In this document: in pieces, positions 1-9,089 of the stretch
Layout: each line of letters opens with the position of its first letter
How positions within the stretch are numbered: position 1 is the stretch's first letter
Source: Promethearchaeati archaeon
GTDB taxonomy: Archaea; Asgardarchaeota; Heimdallarchaeia; Heimdallarchaeales; Heimdallarchaeaceae
Assembly: GCA_013166775.1 (NCBI GenBank)
Contig: JABLTJ010000035.1
Location: 1 to 33,629 of the forward strand
Length of the DNA: 33,629 nt
Reading direction: 5' to 3'
Program-made: the position numbers and the translations under genes
The notes under the pieces: generated by a model
Told to the model about the DNA's origin: nothing
The model's input: the letters and a program-made list of their open reading frames with translations, nothing else
The model's database searches: none

Positions 1-170
1 TTGAAGACCCGTCTCAAGAAGATAGGGGTCGATCCCGCTGTGCTCCGGCGAGTCATGATCGCGGCGTATGAGGCAGAAATGAACGTTGTGATCCATGCGG
101 ACAGGGGGACCCTGGATGTTACATTCGGCGACAGCTACCTCGATATGGAAATCCGAGATGACGGGCCCGC
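1..170 (+). other. Foreign high-GC fragment encoding part of an RsbT/RsbW-like anti-sigma factor Ser/Thr kinase (GHKL ATPase); probable chimeric contig end
   Basis: Hand count: 97/170 G+C (57%) versus 20/70 (29%) for 171-240. Translation RRVMIAAYEAEMNVVIHA...IRDDGP matches the GHKL N-box (ExxxNxxxH) and the start of the G1 box (DxGxG), which breaks off at the junction. Confidence 0.75.
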
Positions 171-896
171 AATAATACTTTCATTGAAATTATGACTACT
201 AATAAGCATATCATCATCGTTAATCATCAGTCCTGATCTGTAAAATCCTCTAACAGTTAGATTTAACTCGAAAGTGAGTAAATTCACTTCATCAAAATCA
301 ATTTCACTAAATTCTGTTCTGTTGACTCCAAAAATAAAGGGTAATGTTTCATTAATCTGAATTCCTAGATCCTTATATTTTTCAATAGATAGCAAGATAC
401 CATCATTTTGTAAATCAACTTCTCCAGCAACAAGATTTATTCTATCTCCAATAACTGAATCTATAGATTCTTGTTCAACAATAATTGGAGAAAAATAGGG
501 TTGACTTACTCGTATTCCAGAGTATTCTGAATAATTTAAATTTGGAGTCATGAAGGAACTAAACCATATTGCGTGATATTCCAAATTTCTGTGATAAGAA
601 TTCCCATATGTCACGATACACTCATCAAACTCTTCTTCCTGCTTAATTAATTCTGCTAATTCTTGAGGACTTTGATCAATAGGTTCATCATACGGTCTGA
701 AAGTTACTTCAAATTCTACGTTTTCAATCATATCTTGAACAGTTATTGAATTGATAATTGATCCATAGAAGAAAATACTTGAGAAAATAGCGGCTCCAAG
801 GATCATCCCAGCTCCTATAGAAATACTTCTTCTTCTATTAGAGAACATTGATTTAAATGAAAAACCAATAAACGAGAAAATACTTCTAATTTTCAT
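171..896 (-). CDS. ABC transporter permease, MacB/FtsX family, N-terminal part (3' end truncated by the junction; the ORF reads on to a spurious stop at 135)
   Basis: N-terminal FSFKSMFSNRRRSISIGAGMILGAAIF basic motif plus TM helix, then an extracellular domain (INLVAG, DGILLS, LGIQINETL, LTVRGFY). Overlaps the upstream ATPase stop by 4 nt. C-terminal TM helices are missing. Confidence 0.75.
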
Positions 897-1639
897 TTCT
901 TTTTCTCCTCCTTCTTCTTTGAGCTTGGTTTTGTTTTTTTGAGTTGCTCAACAACAACCTTACCTTTTTGAAGAATATAGATTCTATCCGTTTCCATGGC
1001 ACTATCTGAATCGTGCGTAACCATAATAACAGAGATATTCTGTTCTTTAGTAAGAGTTCTGAATAGCTGAATAATTTCTTTTCCTGTGTGAGTATCAAGA
1101 TTTCCTGTGGGCTCATCTGCATATATGATTTCAGGATTATGTGCAAGCGCTCTAGCAATTGCCACACGTTGTTGCTCTCCCCCACTCAATTCTTCAGGAA
1201 GATGATTTAACCTACCATACAAGCCTACTGATTCAAGGAATTCGAGAGCTTTTTGCTCAGCTTCTACTTCCGGAATTTTTCTTAATTTCATAGGTAGTTT
1301 GACATTTTCTATTGCAGTCAAGTACGGTATTAATGCAAAACTCTGAAAAACTACAGAAGAGCGAGATCTTCTAATTTCCAATTTTTCACCGTAGTCAGTG
1401 TCTTTTAGATTTACTCCTGCAATAAGAACATCTCCAGAAGTAATTGGTTCAAGTGTGGAGAGGATATTTAGAAGTGTTGATTTTCCACTACCGCTTGGAC
1501 CCATTATGGCGATAAATTCTCCTTTTTTTACTTCCATTGATACTCCTGTAAGAACATGTACCACGTCTGTTTTTGATAACTCAAAATCTTTAACCAGATC
1601 ATCTGTTTGAATAGAAAAAGACTTAGTTTTCTTGGACAT
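893..1639 (-). CDS. ABC transporter ATP-binding protein, LolD/MacB-like
   Basis: Walker [11 protein letters not shown]-loop VFQSFAL, signature LSGGEQQR, Walker B/D-loop [12 protein letters not shown]-loop VTHD. Confidence 0.95.
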   Translation of the reverse strand: MSKKTKSFSIQTDDLVKDFELSKTDVVHVLTGVSMEVKKGEFIAIMGPSGSGKSTLLNILSTLEPITSGDVLIAGVNLKDTDYGEKLEIRRSRSSVVFQSFALIPYLTAIENVKLPMKLRKIPEVEAEQKALEFLESVGLYGRLNHLPEELSGGEQQRVAIARALAHNPEIIYADEPTGNLDTHTGKEIIQLFRTLTKEQNISVIMVTHDSDSAMETDRIYILQKGKVVVEQLKKTKPSSKKKEEKKK

Positions 1640-1756
1640 TAAACCTAAAATAACTCAGATATAATTAAAGATTTCTAATCAAAATAGGTAATGAACAATT
1701 ATGTTGATTAACTATAAAAATAAAATAAAAAAGAAGAATTCAATAAAGAGAATCAC

Positions 1757-2371
1757 TTATTTCTTTTTATCTTCCTTCGCAATCCTTTCAACAACTTCCT
1801 TGAAATTCTTTGGTTCGTCTTGTTCGTCAATAGTATAAACAACAGGTCTACGTTTTCTTTCTACATCCAAGGCTCTAGCAATCTTTCCAGCTTCATATTT
1901 TTCTCGAACCTGAGATTTCTTACCTATCCAGACGTAAATCTCATCCCAAGCATCTAAAACAAAAGAATCTCCTGATTTAAGTGATTTATATTTTATTGGT
2001 ATTTCTTTGGTTTCAATCATTCCTTCAGCTTTTTGTATTATTTGAAGCAATCTGTAATCAACATCTTCTTTCTTTTCAAAATGCTTTAGGAAACCGGGAG
2101 TATCACCTTCTTTCACTTGAAATTGCATCAAATCTCTAAATTCTTGTGGTTCTTCACCCTCCATAACTGTCTTAATTAAAAGCTCTTTTTGATCTTCTTC
2201 AATAACCTTGGAGAGCCATGCACCAACAGCTCTGTCATCGCAATATGACTTTGATCCTAACCAGATCCAAATATTTGTTGGAGTAATTACTAGATATACA
2301 TCTCCATTTAGAAAAGTATACGGTTCAGATAAACGTTTTAGTTCCTTTCTTACAACTTGATATACGTTCAT
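1757..2371 (-). CDS. Two-domain gelsolin-family actin-binding protein (Asgard 2DGel-like)
   Basis: Two gelsolin repeats (FLNGDVYLV..IWIWLGSKS..EGEEPQEF; LKSGDSFVLD..IYVWIGKKS..EQDEPKNF) joined by EGDTPGFLKHF, resembling the gelsolin G1-G2 linker. ATG at 2371 preferred over the ORF-track start at 2419. Confidence 0.9.
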   Translation of the reverse strand: MNVYQVVRKELKRLSEPYTFLNGDVYLVITPTNIWIWLGSKSYCDDRAVGAWLSKVIEEDQKELLIKTVMEGEEPQEFRDLMQFQVKEGDTPGFLKHFEKKEDVDYRLLQIIQKAEGMIETKEIPIKYKSLKSGDSFVLDAWDEIYVWIGKKSQVREKYEAGKIARALDVERKRRPVVYTIDEQDEPKNFKEVVERIAKEDKKK

Positions 2372-2484
2372 AGTTCCTAATATGTTTATGAGGGAATAAA
2401 AGATTTGTGTAAATAGCAACAGCTAGGAATTTTAGAATGGATAATCTCGCAAAGTTTTAATAGTTTTTCAATTATAGAAATCTT

Positions 2485-3144
2485 ATGAGTTCTATTGGCA
2501 GCGAAGATACTGAACTTGAAGATGAACCAATATGGAAGCAAATTATGGAGAAAATCAAACCTTTTCTCACACGCGAAGACATTATGAATATGGATTTTGA
2601 TAGTTTTGCTGCATTAATTAATAGATTACAGGCAATAGAAGCTCTCACAGAGCAAGAACTATCATATGCAAAGAAAAACAGAGATCTAATTCTCATTAGA
2701 ATGGGACTCCTGCATAATATTCCTGACTTAACAGAAGAAGATCTGGAATTAGGATTAGAACAACTTGCTATAAGATTAGCAACCTTCTATTTCAGTAATA
2801 ATCAAGTTTCGTCTTTAGATGAAGCAGAAAAAATGGTATTAGAAATGATTAGACAAGGTTTCTCCTCAGGTGTAACAGTAAGTCTAAACCCAGAAGAAGA
2901 AATTTTAAAACTAAGAGAGAAGTTGAACTACTACACAAAAATTACTCTTGAAAATGCTCCTGAAATAGCTAGCTTACTTACAAAAACAAAAGATAGCTTG
3001 ATGAACATCGGAATTTCTGGTTCAGTATTTTATAGTATTGATAAGTTCTGCCAAATGCTAAAACGAACATTAGAAGAAGATCTTCCAACCAAATCAGAAA
3101 TTATGGAAGCAACTTATGATTGGCAGACTAAGATTTTGAAGTGA
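2485..3144 (+). CDS. Helical protein, candidate Vps28-like (ESCRT-I) homologue
   Basis: Clean 219-aa ORF with a TATA-like box upstream. By-eye similarity to eukaryotic Vps28 in order along its length (see findings). ORF certain, family tentative. Confidence 0.45.
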   Translation: MSSIGSEDTELEDEPIWKQIMEKIKPFLTREDIMNMDFDSFAALINRLQAIEALTEQELSYAKKNRDLILIRMGLLHNIPDLTEEDLELGLEQLAIRLATFYFSNNQVSSLDEAEKMVLEMIRQGFSSGVTVSLNPEEEILKLREKLNYYTKITLENAPEIASLLTKTKDSLMNIGISGSVFYSIDKFCQMLKRTLEEDLPTKSEIMEATYDWQTKILK

Positions 3145-3149
3145 TATAA

Positions 3150-3893
3150 ATGGAAGAAACTCCAGAGATAGCTGATATTCCTCAGATAGAAAAAACAAGT
3201 GAGGAAACAGAAAAAGATGAAATTACAACAGCTCAAAAAATAGAACAACAAATTTCAGATTCATTTCAAACAGTATCTCGAAAACTAAAAGAGACTGTAA
3301 ATATTGATCTTTTTCTACATGATATCCAAGATTGGATCTTCGAAAGAATAAAAACTGGAACTACTCTTATTATTGGAGATAAGATCGGAGAATTTGCAGA
3401 GAAAATAGCAAAGATCACTCCTGAAGTCGTAGCAAGAGATTCCTCATCTTCCTATGTTAGTCCAAAAACAGAAGTAAAGGATGCAGAAATCCTTCGAAAA
3501 TTAGACATGAAACCTTTTAAAATTGACAAGTTTGAATCTCTAGATGGAGTGTTTTACAACATAATTATTATCTTTGCTCTTAGAAGACTATCAAAAGATC
3601 AAACAGATGTATTCCTCAACAAATGCAAAAGTCTATTAGCTAAAAATGGGCAATTGATTGTTGTCGGAGAGTTCTATCCAAAATCTGTTCTCCTTTATCC
3701 TATAACAGCTGTTAAGGAAGGCGTTAAAGCCATAAATAGCAAAATTTTGAAAAGAAAAGTAGTTCGACCTTTAGTTAACTTTGACAAAACTATTAAGCAA
3801 CTAGAACTGAAGTTCTATGATGTAAAGTATGATGCTGGTGGTAGAATCAGGACATACGTTCTAACTAAAAGATGGGGAGCTCTGTTAAGCTAG
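3150..3893 (+). CDS. Class I SAM-dependent methyltransferase-fold protein with degenerate motif I and acidic N-terminal extension
   Basis: TLIIGDKIGEF (motif I position), VVARDSS (post-I), FYNIIIIFALRRL (motif II) and KSLLAKNGQLIV (motif III). Starts 5 nt after the previous gene. Confidence 0.6.
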   Translation: MEETPEIADIPQIEKTSEETEKDEITTAQKIEQQISDSFQTVSRKLKETVNIDLFLHDIQDWIFERIKTGTTLIIGDKIGEFAEKIAKITPEVVARDSSSSYVSPKTEVKDAEILRKLDMKPFKIDKFESLDGVFYNIIIIFALRRLSKDQTDVFLNKCKSLLAKNGQLIVVGEFYPKSVLLYPITAVKEGVKAINSKILKRKVVRPLVNFDKTIKQLELKFYDVKYDAGGRIRTYVLTKRWGALLS

Positions 3894-4249
3894 GTATTTT
3901 TTTCACTTTTTCCCCATTTGATTTTTTCATCTGTTAAAGAACCTACGGGATATTTCTCCCAATTTTCTGAGATTTTCTTAGGGATTGCATTTTCTAAATT
4001 TATTCCTAATTCATGAGCAAGTAAGAACAAATATATTGACACGTCTGCTATTTCTTTTTCTACAGCAGGTTTAATTTTATCAAGTGAGTTCTCTATCTCT
4101 TCATTAGTCTGCCATTGAATTAATTCAAAAAGCTCTCCTATTTCAATAATGAGAGAAAGAGCTAAGTTCTTAGGTTTGTGGTATTTTTTCCAATCTCTTG
4201 CATCTCGGAACTCAATTATCTTTTCTGTTATTTCATTAATAGATGTCAC
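3890..4249 (-). CDS. MazG-like nucleotide pyrophosphohydrolase (DCTPP1/RS21-C6 type)
   Basis: FRDARDWKKYHKPKNLALSL..EIGELFE..QW, EIADV and KISENWEKYP. GTG start. Confidence 0.9.
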   Translation of the reverse strand: MTSINEITEKIIEFRDARDWKKYHKPKNLALSLIIEIGELFELIQWQTNEEIENSLDKIKPAVEKEIADVSIYLFLLAHELGINLENAIPKKISENWEKYPVGSLTDEKIKWGKSEKNT

Positions 4250-4292
4250 AGAGATAATGTAAAAAAGGAATAATTAACTGTTTCTCTCGAAT

Positions 4293-5372
4293 TTAATCTA
4301 CTCTATACGTCCAGTTAAATTTATCATCTATTTTTCCTGTCTGGATTCCAACAAGCTTATCATATAGGTTCTGAGTTATTTTACCAACATTTAAGTTGTT
4401 AATAATATACTCTCTATCATTATACAATATTTGCCCAATAGGAGTAATTGAAGCGGCAGTTCCAACAAAGAAAGCTTCGGTACATTGACCTTTATCAATC
4501 TGATCTACTATTTCATTAATTTCTATTTTTTCTTCATGGACTGTATAACCAAGTTCTTGAGCAAGTTCTAAGACAGATTTTCTTGTAATTCCTTTCAATA
4601 TTGTACCCTCCAGTGGAGGAGTATAGATTTCATCTTCAATGATAAACATTATATTCATTCCACTTGCTTCTTCAACAAATTTACGATGTATAGCATCTAA
4701 CCAAATAACTTGAGGATATCCTTTGTTTTTTGCGATACATGTTTCATGAAGAGTTGCTGCATAATTACCTCCTGTTTTTGCTTCACCTGTACCATCTGGA
4801 GTAGCACGAACATTTTGCGAAGCAACATATGCTTTTGTTGGTTTGAAACCTTCCTTGAAGAAAGGTCCAACAGGAGATAAAATCACGTAGAAATAGAATT
4901 CAGAGCTTGCTCTTAAACCTAAGAATTTTTCTGTAGCGATCATGGTTGGTCTAATATAAAGAGCTGTTTGAGAAGAATGGGGTACCCAATCTTTATCTAC
5001 TCTTATTAATTCAACAATAGCTTTCACAAAGAGATCTTCGTTAACTTGAGGCATACACATTCTTTCTGCTGAGAGATTAAACCTTGCAGCATTTTCAAAA
5101 GGTCGAAATAAATTAACTGAACCATCAGGATGAGGAAAAGCTTTCATCCCCTCGAAAATTTCTTGACTATAGTGAAGAACTGCACAAGCAGGATCTAGCT
5201 GGAAAGACTGATATGGGACAATACGAGGAGTTCCCCATTCATTATTTTTATATTTCATCAAAAACATATGGTCAGTAAATTTCTTTCCAAAAACTAATTC
5301 TGAATCTGCAAGTTTTTTTTTCCGTTGCTCCTTTGTACACAACTGAATTTCAATAGCCATAAAATCACTCAT
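4293..5372 (-). CDS. ilvE: Branched-chain amino acid aminotransferase
   Basis: FGKKFTDHMF, LHYSQEIFEGMKAF, LYIRP, PLP lysine in AKTGGNYA, ILKGITR and GTAASITP. Alternative ATG at 5360. Confidence 0.95.
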   Translation of the reverse strand: MSDFMAIEIQLCTKEQRKKKLADSELVFGKKFTDHMFLMKYKNNEWGTPRIVPYQSFQLDPACAVLHYSQEIFEGMKAFPHPDGSVNLFRPFENAARFNLSAERMCMPQVNEDLFVKAIVELIRVDKDWVPHSSQTALYIRPTMIATEKFLGLRASSEFYFYVILSPVGPFFKEGFKPTKAYVASQNVRATPDGTGEAKTGGNYAATLHETCIAKNKGYPQVIWLDAIHRKFVEEASGMNIMFIIEDEIYTPPLEGTILKGITRKSVLELAQELGYTVHEEKIEINEIVDQIDKGQCTEAFFVGTAASITPIGQILYNDREYIINNLNVGKITQNLYDKLVGIQTGKIDDKFNWTYRVD

Positions 5373-5429
5373 ACCTTCGAAAAAGAAGAAATGTTACCTT
5401 AAAAAGTTTGTTACATAAAAACGAGTAAA

Positions 5430-6440
5430 CTAAGCACACAATGAAATGAGGTTTTTAAAATGCAATCTCATGACTCTTCTTGATGGTAGTAATCTTAGTG
5501 TTCTTGCTACAAAATATCTTCCACCATGGAGATAAATGACATTTGGTTTTAGAATTGGAGCCCAATGATTTGCTATATGAAATGCAACAGCTGGTTTAAT
5601 GGATTTCTTGAAATCCTTTAGTGCTATTTTACCTTTGTTTTTTCTAACTGCTTCTAAATAGATTTTGATCATTTCATCTAATGTAAAGGGATTCTCCTTT
5701 ATGCTTATCTTTACTCCTTCAACATGGAAAGGTATGAGATCAAAGAAGTGGATGAATTCTCTAACAGGAGGACCTAAAGAACATTCTTGCCAGTCCAATA
5801 GACATGAGAATTTACTTGATTGCATGAAATTGTAAGTCCAAGTTGCACCATGAAGTAGAGAAGTTCCAGTGATTAAAATGTCGTTAAGAAATTCTTTGGA
5901 ACTAATAGTTTTTTTTACTTTCTCAAATTCTGTTTTGGTAATGGGAGTATTATCTTTATATTGTTTTGCAATTTTAATTGCTTTGTCAAGATTTTCAATT
6001 AACCTCGCTTTAGTATTATCCCAATCTTGTGTGAAAGGTTTTGGGAATCCTTCAAATTCCTCCTCTGATTCTCTTCCTAAGAATTGACCATTTAAATAAC
6101 CTAATTCTCGTAATGCTCTCTCAATATTTGGTTTTTCCCATTTTTTAGGATGGAATCCTCTTTGAACCTTCTCTAGAAGAATCCATGGTAAATCATTTGA
6201 TTTGGAAAACGCTATTGGAAATGGAGCTGGAACCTTATAATTCATTGCGATTTTGGAATAAAATAACCATTCAATCTTTGTGGTATTTTCTTTTAAAATA
6301 CCATTCTTTTTTCCTTTATCCCAAGTAATTTCAGATACTTTAGCAGTTGAAGTTCCCACAAGATCTCTTTTATATTTTATCTCCTCAGGAGAACACTTCA
6401 GTTTCTTTGCAACTTCTTCTAGGATAGGTGAATAATTCAA
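5430..6440 (-). CDS. Aminoglycoside phosphotransferase/choline kinase-fold protein (catalytic Asp replaced)
   Basis: ILKE (Lys), E in IEWLFY, WILLEKV hinge, LLHGATWTYNF (Brenner-motif position) and LLDWQECSLGP. TTG start preceded by GGTGA. Confidence 0.8.
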   Translation of the reverse strand: MNYSPILEEVAKKLKCSPEEIKYKRDLVGTSTAKVSEITWDKGKKNGILKENTTKIEWLFYSKIAMNYKVPAPFPIAFSKSNDLPWILLEKVQRGFHPKKWEKPNIERALRELGYLNGQFLGRESEEEFEGFPKPFTQDWDNTKARLIENLDKAIKIAKQYKDNTPITKTEFEKVKKTISSKEFLNDILITGTSLLHGATWTYNFMQSSKFSCLLDWQECSLGPPVREFIHFFDLIPFHVEGVKISIKENPFTLDEMIKIYLEAVRKNKGKIALKDFKKSIKPAVAFHIANHWAPILKPNVIYLHGGRYFVARTLRLLPSRRVMRLHFKNLISLCA

Positions 6441-6585
6441 TTCATCACCGGATTAAGGAACGAATATAGTTCAACCTTTTAACTATTTCTACTCAAAAAT
6501 AATATGATTAAAATCAAAAAAACAGTGATTTTTAATAGTCAAAATTATCACACAAAACATAGTTTCTCTTGAAATGTGAGTAGTT

Positions 6586-7050
6586 TCATTCATCAAATTT
6601 TATTGAATATTTCCAGATTTTATCTACCACGTTTTCTTCTTCTTCTGTCATCGATTCAACAAAATCTTTGAGATATTTGAGAGTAATTTCATGCCTTTGT
6701 ACATCCCCTAGAACTGTAGTCATAACTTTCTTTGTTTTTTCGTCTACTACTCTATCAACTACATTCTTGAGCTGATTACTAATATTCCATTCTAGCTCCA
6801 AAACCTTGTCTACTGTTTCTAAAACTGAATCTTTGTAGTCTTCTTCAATGGCTTGATTAATACCTTGAGCCCTATCAAGTAATCCCATGAAGATTTCCGC
6901 ATGTTTTTTTGCATCTAATCCCATACCATGAATTAAAGCTTCAAGAAGTGAATTTCCAGGACAAAATTGAATGGTTGTTAGTAATTCACTTATTTTTTCT
7001 TTAATATCAATCATTTGCCTTAATTGCATAATGAAAGCTTCTTTTTCCAT
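6586..7050 (-). CDS. Ferritin-like/rubrerythrin-type four-helix bundle protein
   Basis: Two helix-pair repeats ending in DAKKHAEIF and DVQRHEITL, with an upstream Glu in each (IKEK, LELEW). ATG at 7050 lies ~25 nt below a TTTTATAT box. Confidence 0.65.
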   Translation of the reverse strand: MEKEAFIMQLRQMIDIKEKISELLTTIQFCPGNSLLEALIHGMGLDAKKHAEIFMGLLDRAQGINQAIEEDYKDSVLETVDKVLELEWNISNQLKNVVDRVVDEKTKKVMTTVLGDVQRHEITLKYLKDFVESMTEEEENVVDKIWKYSIKFDE

Positions 7051-7087
7051 AGGGCAATTAAAGAAAAACATAATATAAAATTTCTGA

Positions 7088-7122
7088 TGCGTATTATTTT
7101 AACGAAGCTGAATAATATCGCA
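7088..7122. promoter_or_regulatory. Imperfect inverted repeat in the divergent ferritin-like/PAP2 intergenic region
   Basis: TGCGTATTATT-N12-AATAATA(T)CGCA: 11-bp arms with one bulge. Confidence 0.35.
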
Positions 7123-7196
7123 CCACAGAGGTTTCTAGAAGTTGAAGATTAATTTATAGATAGTTTTATAAAGAATCAAGCTGCCAAAAATTACCT

Positions 7197-7766
7197 ATGA
7201 CAGCAATCCTTGATGAACTTTCAGTGTGGGATAAAAAGATAACAAGAAAAATAGCTGCAAATTCCTCAAAACAAATGAAATTAGCAAGTTTCTTTGCTAT
7301 ATCAGGGAATGCTCCGCAATGGTTTATTATGTCGTTTATGTTTTTCATTTTTGATTTATTTATGTCGCGAAATGTAAACCTTCTTCAAATGTCCCTTGCT
7401 GCAGCTTGTGGTCTAACAACATCTATGATAAAATTTCTTACACGTAGAAAAAGACCAAATGAAATACTTGCTAAGAGCTATGCAGTAGATATAGACAATT
7501 GGAGTTTTCCATCTGGTCATGCAGGAAGAATGTTCAGTTTAGCAATTACATTAACCTTGTTTTATCCAAGAGTAGGATGGGTTTTTCTAATATGGGCTAT
7601 TGCAGTTTGCTATGGAAGAATAGCTTTACAGATACATTGGTTCCTAGATATAGTTGGAGGGGCAACAATCGGGATAATTTGGGCAGTTATAGGTTATATT
7701 TTAAGAGAAAAATTCTTTGTGTTATTTACACCTATTTCAGAATGGTTTCCTCAAATCCTGAAATAA
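7197..7766 (+). CDS. PAP2-family membrane phosphatase
   Basis: Motifs C1 KFLTRRKRP, C2 SFPSGHA and C3 GRIALQIHWFLD, plus TM segments. Confidence 0.92.
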   Translation: MTAILDELSVWDKKITRKIAANSSKQMKLASFFAISGNAPQWFIMSFMFFIFDLFMSRNVNLLQMSLAAACGLTTSMIKFLTRRKRPNEILAKSYAVDIDNWSFPSGHAGRMFSLAITLTLFYPRVGWVFLIWAIAVCYGRIALQIHWFLDIVGGATIGIIWAVIGYILREKFFVLFTPISEWFPQILK

Positions 7767-8567
7767 TTAGAAAAAATTTGCGAGGAAGGGTTCTAAGAAA
7801 TTATCTAAGAACATCATTATTACAAAACCAGCTATGATTCCATAAGTAGACAATCTTGTATGAATCTTTCCTTCTCTATGAGTTTCAGGGATTATTTCAT
7901 CAGCTACAACAAAGATCATTGCACCTGCTGCAAAAGCCATTCCAAAACCTAGGAAAAACTTTGCAATGGATACAGCTGCTACTCCAATAAATGCTCCAAT
8001 GGGTTCAACTAATCCAGTAGCAGCAGCAATTAGAAACGCTCGCTTTTTGGTATAGCCTTCTTTTAATAAAGGCATTGCTACAGCTGTTCCTTCAGGGATA
8101 TTTTGTAAACCTATCGCCATTGCTACAACAACTCCAGTTGCAATATTATCTTCTCCCAGACCGAAACTCACTCCAACAGCTAATCCCTCTGGAAAATTGT
8201 GAATTGTGATTGCAATAACAAAAAGCCAAGTTGCTGCCAATCTCTTAGATACTTTGCCTTCGGGACCCTTTACAAAGTGTTTGTGTGGAGCCCATTTATC
8301 AATTAACGCAATAAAAATAACTCCTGCAATTACACCAGCACAGACTATCCACACTCCTCCTCCTTCACTAGTAGGTAGATTCAAAGCAGGGACAAGAAGA
8401 CTGAAAGCTGAAGCTGCAAGCATAACTCCCGCAGCAAAACCAAGTAGTAAATCTAATACTTTCTCGGAGATATCTTTCATAAAAAACACTGGTAATGCTC
8501 CTATTCCTGTTGATATCCCTGCTGCTAGCGAAGCTAGAGTTCCAATTAAAACAATCCACCAATCCAT
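7767..8567 (-). CDS. zupT: ZIP family divalent metal transporter (ZupT/GufA type)
   Basis: GFAAGVMLAAS, IHNFPEGLAVG, LQNIPEG, GLVEPIG and AAGAM..DEIIPE. Confidence 0.92.
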   Translation of the reverse strand: MDWWIVLIGTLASLAAGISTGIGALPVFFMKDISEKVLDLLLGFAAGVMLAASAFSLLVPALNLPTSEGGGVWIVCAGVIAGVIFIALIDKWAPHKHFVKGPEGKVSKRLAATWLFVIAITIHNFPEGLAVGVSFGLGEDNIATGVVVAMAIGLQNIPEGTAVAMPLLKEGYTKKRAFLIAAATGLVEPIGAFIGVAAVSIAKFFLGFGMAFAAGAMIFVVADEIIPETHREGKIHTRLSTYGIIAGFVIMMFLDNFLEPFLANFF

Positions 8568-8625
8568 AAATATCTATTTCTTTATGAATCTTATTATATA
8601 AGAATATTAAGTAACGCTAAAAATA

Positions 8626-8919
8626 TCATTTAGCATTCTCATTTTTACCTTGAATTATTTTGATTTTCTTATTGATTTTCATAAGGTATTTAATCAGGAA
8701 AATATCTATCACAATCAAAGTTAGAAATAAAAATATAAAAAGAACTCCAATTCCTGGTTTGAGATCCCAGAAAAAAATTAGTATTCCTAATGCAAAGTAA
8801 GCAAAACCTAGTGCTGATAATGAGATAAGTATAATTAAGCTATATTTTCTTGTTCTATATCTCTTCAATACTACAGATTTAGGTATGTCAGTTATTATGC
8901 TACCTTCAATTCTTCTCAT
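8626..8919 (-). CDS. Small two-TM membrane protein, hypothetical
   Basis: 97-aa ATG ORF with two hydrophobic helices flanked by basic residues; fills the intergenic gap. Confidence 0.6.
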   Translation of the reverse strand: MRRIEGSIITDIPKSVVLKRYRTRKYSLIILISLSALGFAYFALGILIFFWDLKPGIGVLFIFLFLTLIVIDIFLIKYLMKINKKIKIIQGKNENAK

Positions 8920-9089
8920 ACTACAAACTTCCTGAAACTTGAAATTTTTGATGTTTAATTATTTAAATTTTATCTAAGAATGCTTTGAAAAAATAGAAGT
9001 GTTGTATCTTACACAAAGAAGTTTTAAATCCTTAACTTTTCATTTGATTAATCTTATAAATGCTTGAGTTATACTAGTTTTTGAGAATA

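Noticed and set aside
1-195. 64-aa ORF as a complete gene
   Set aside because: It runs off the window start and across the GC junction; the last residues (AIILSLKL) are antisense permease sequence.
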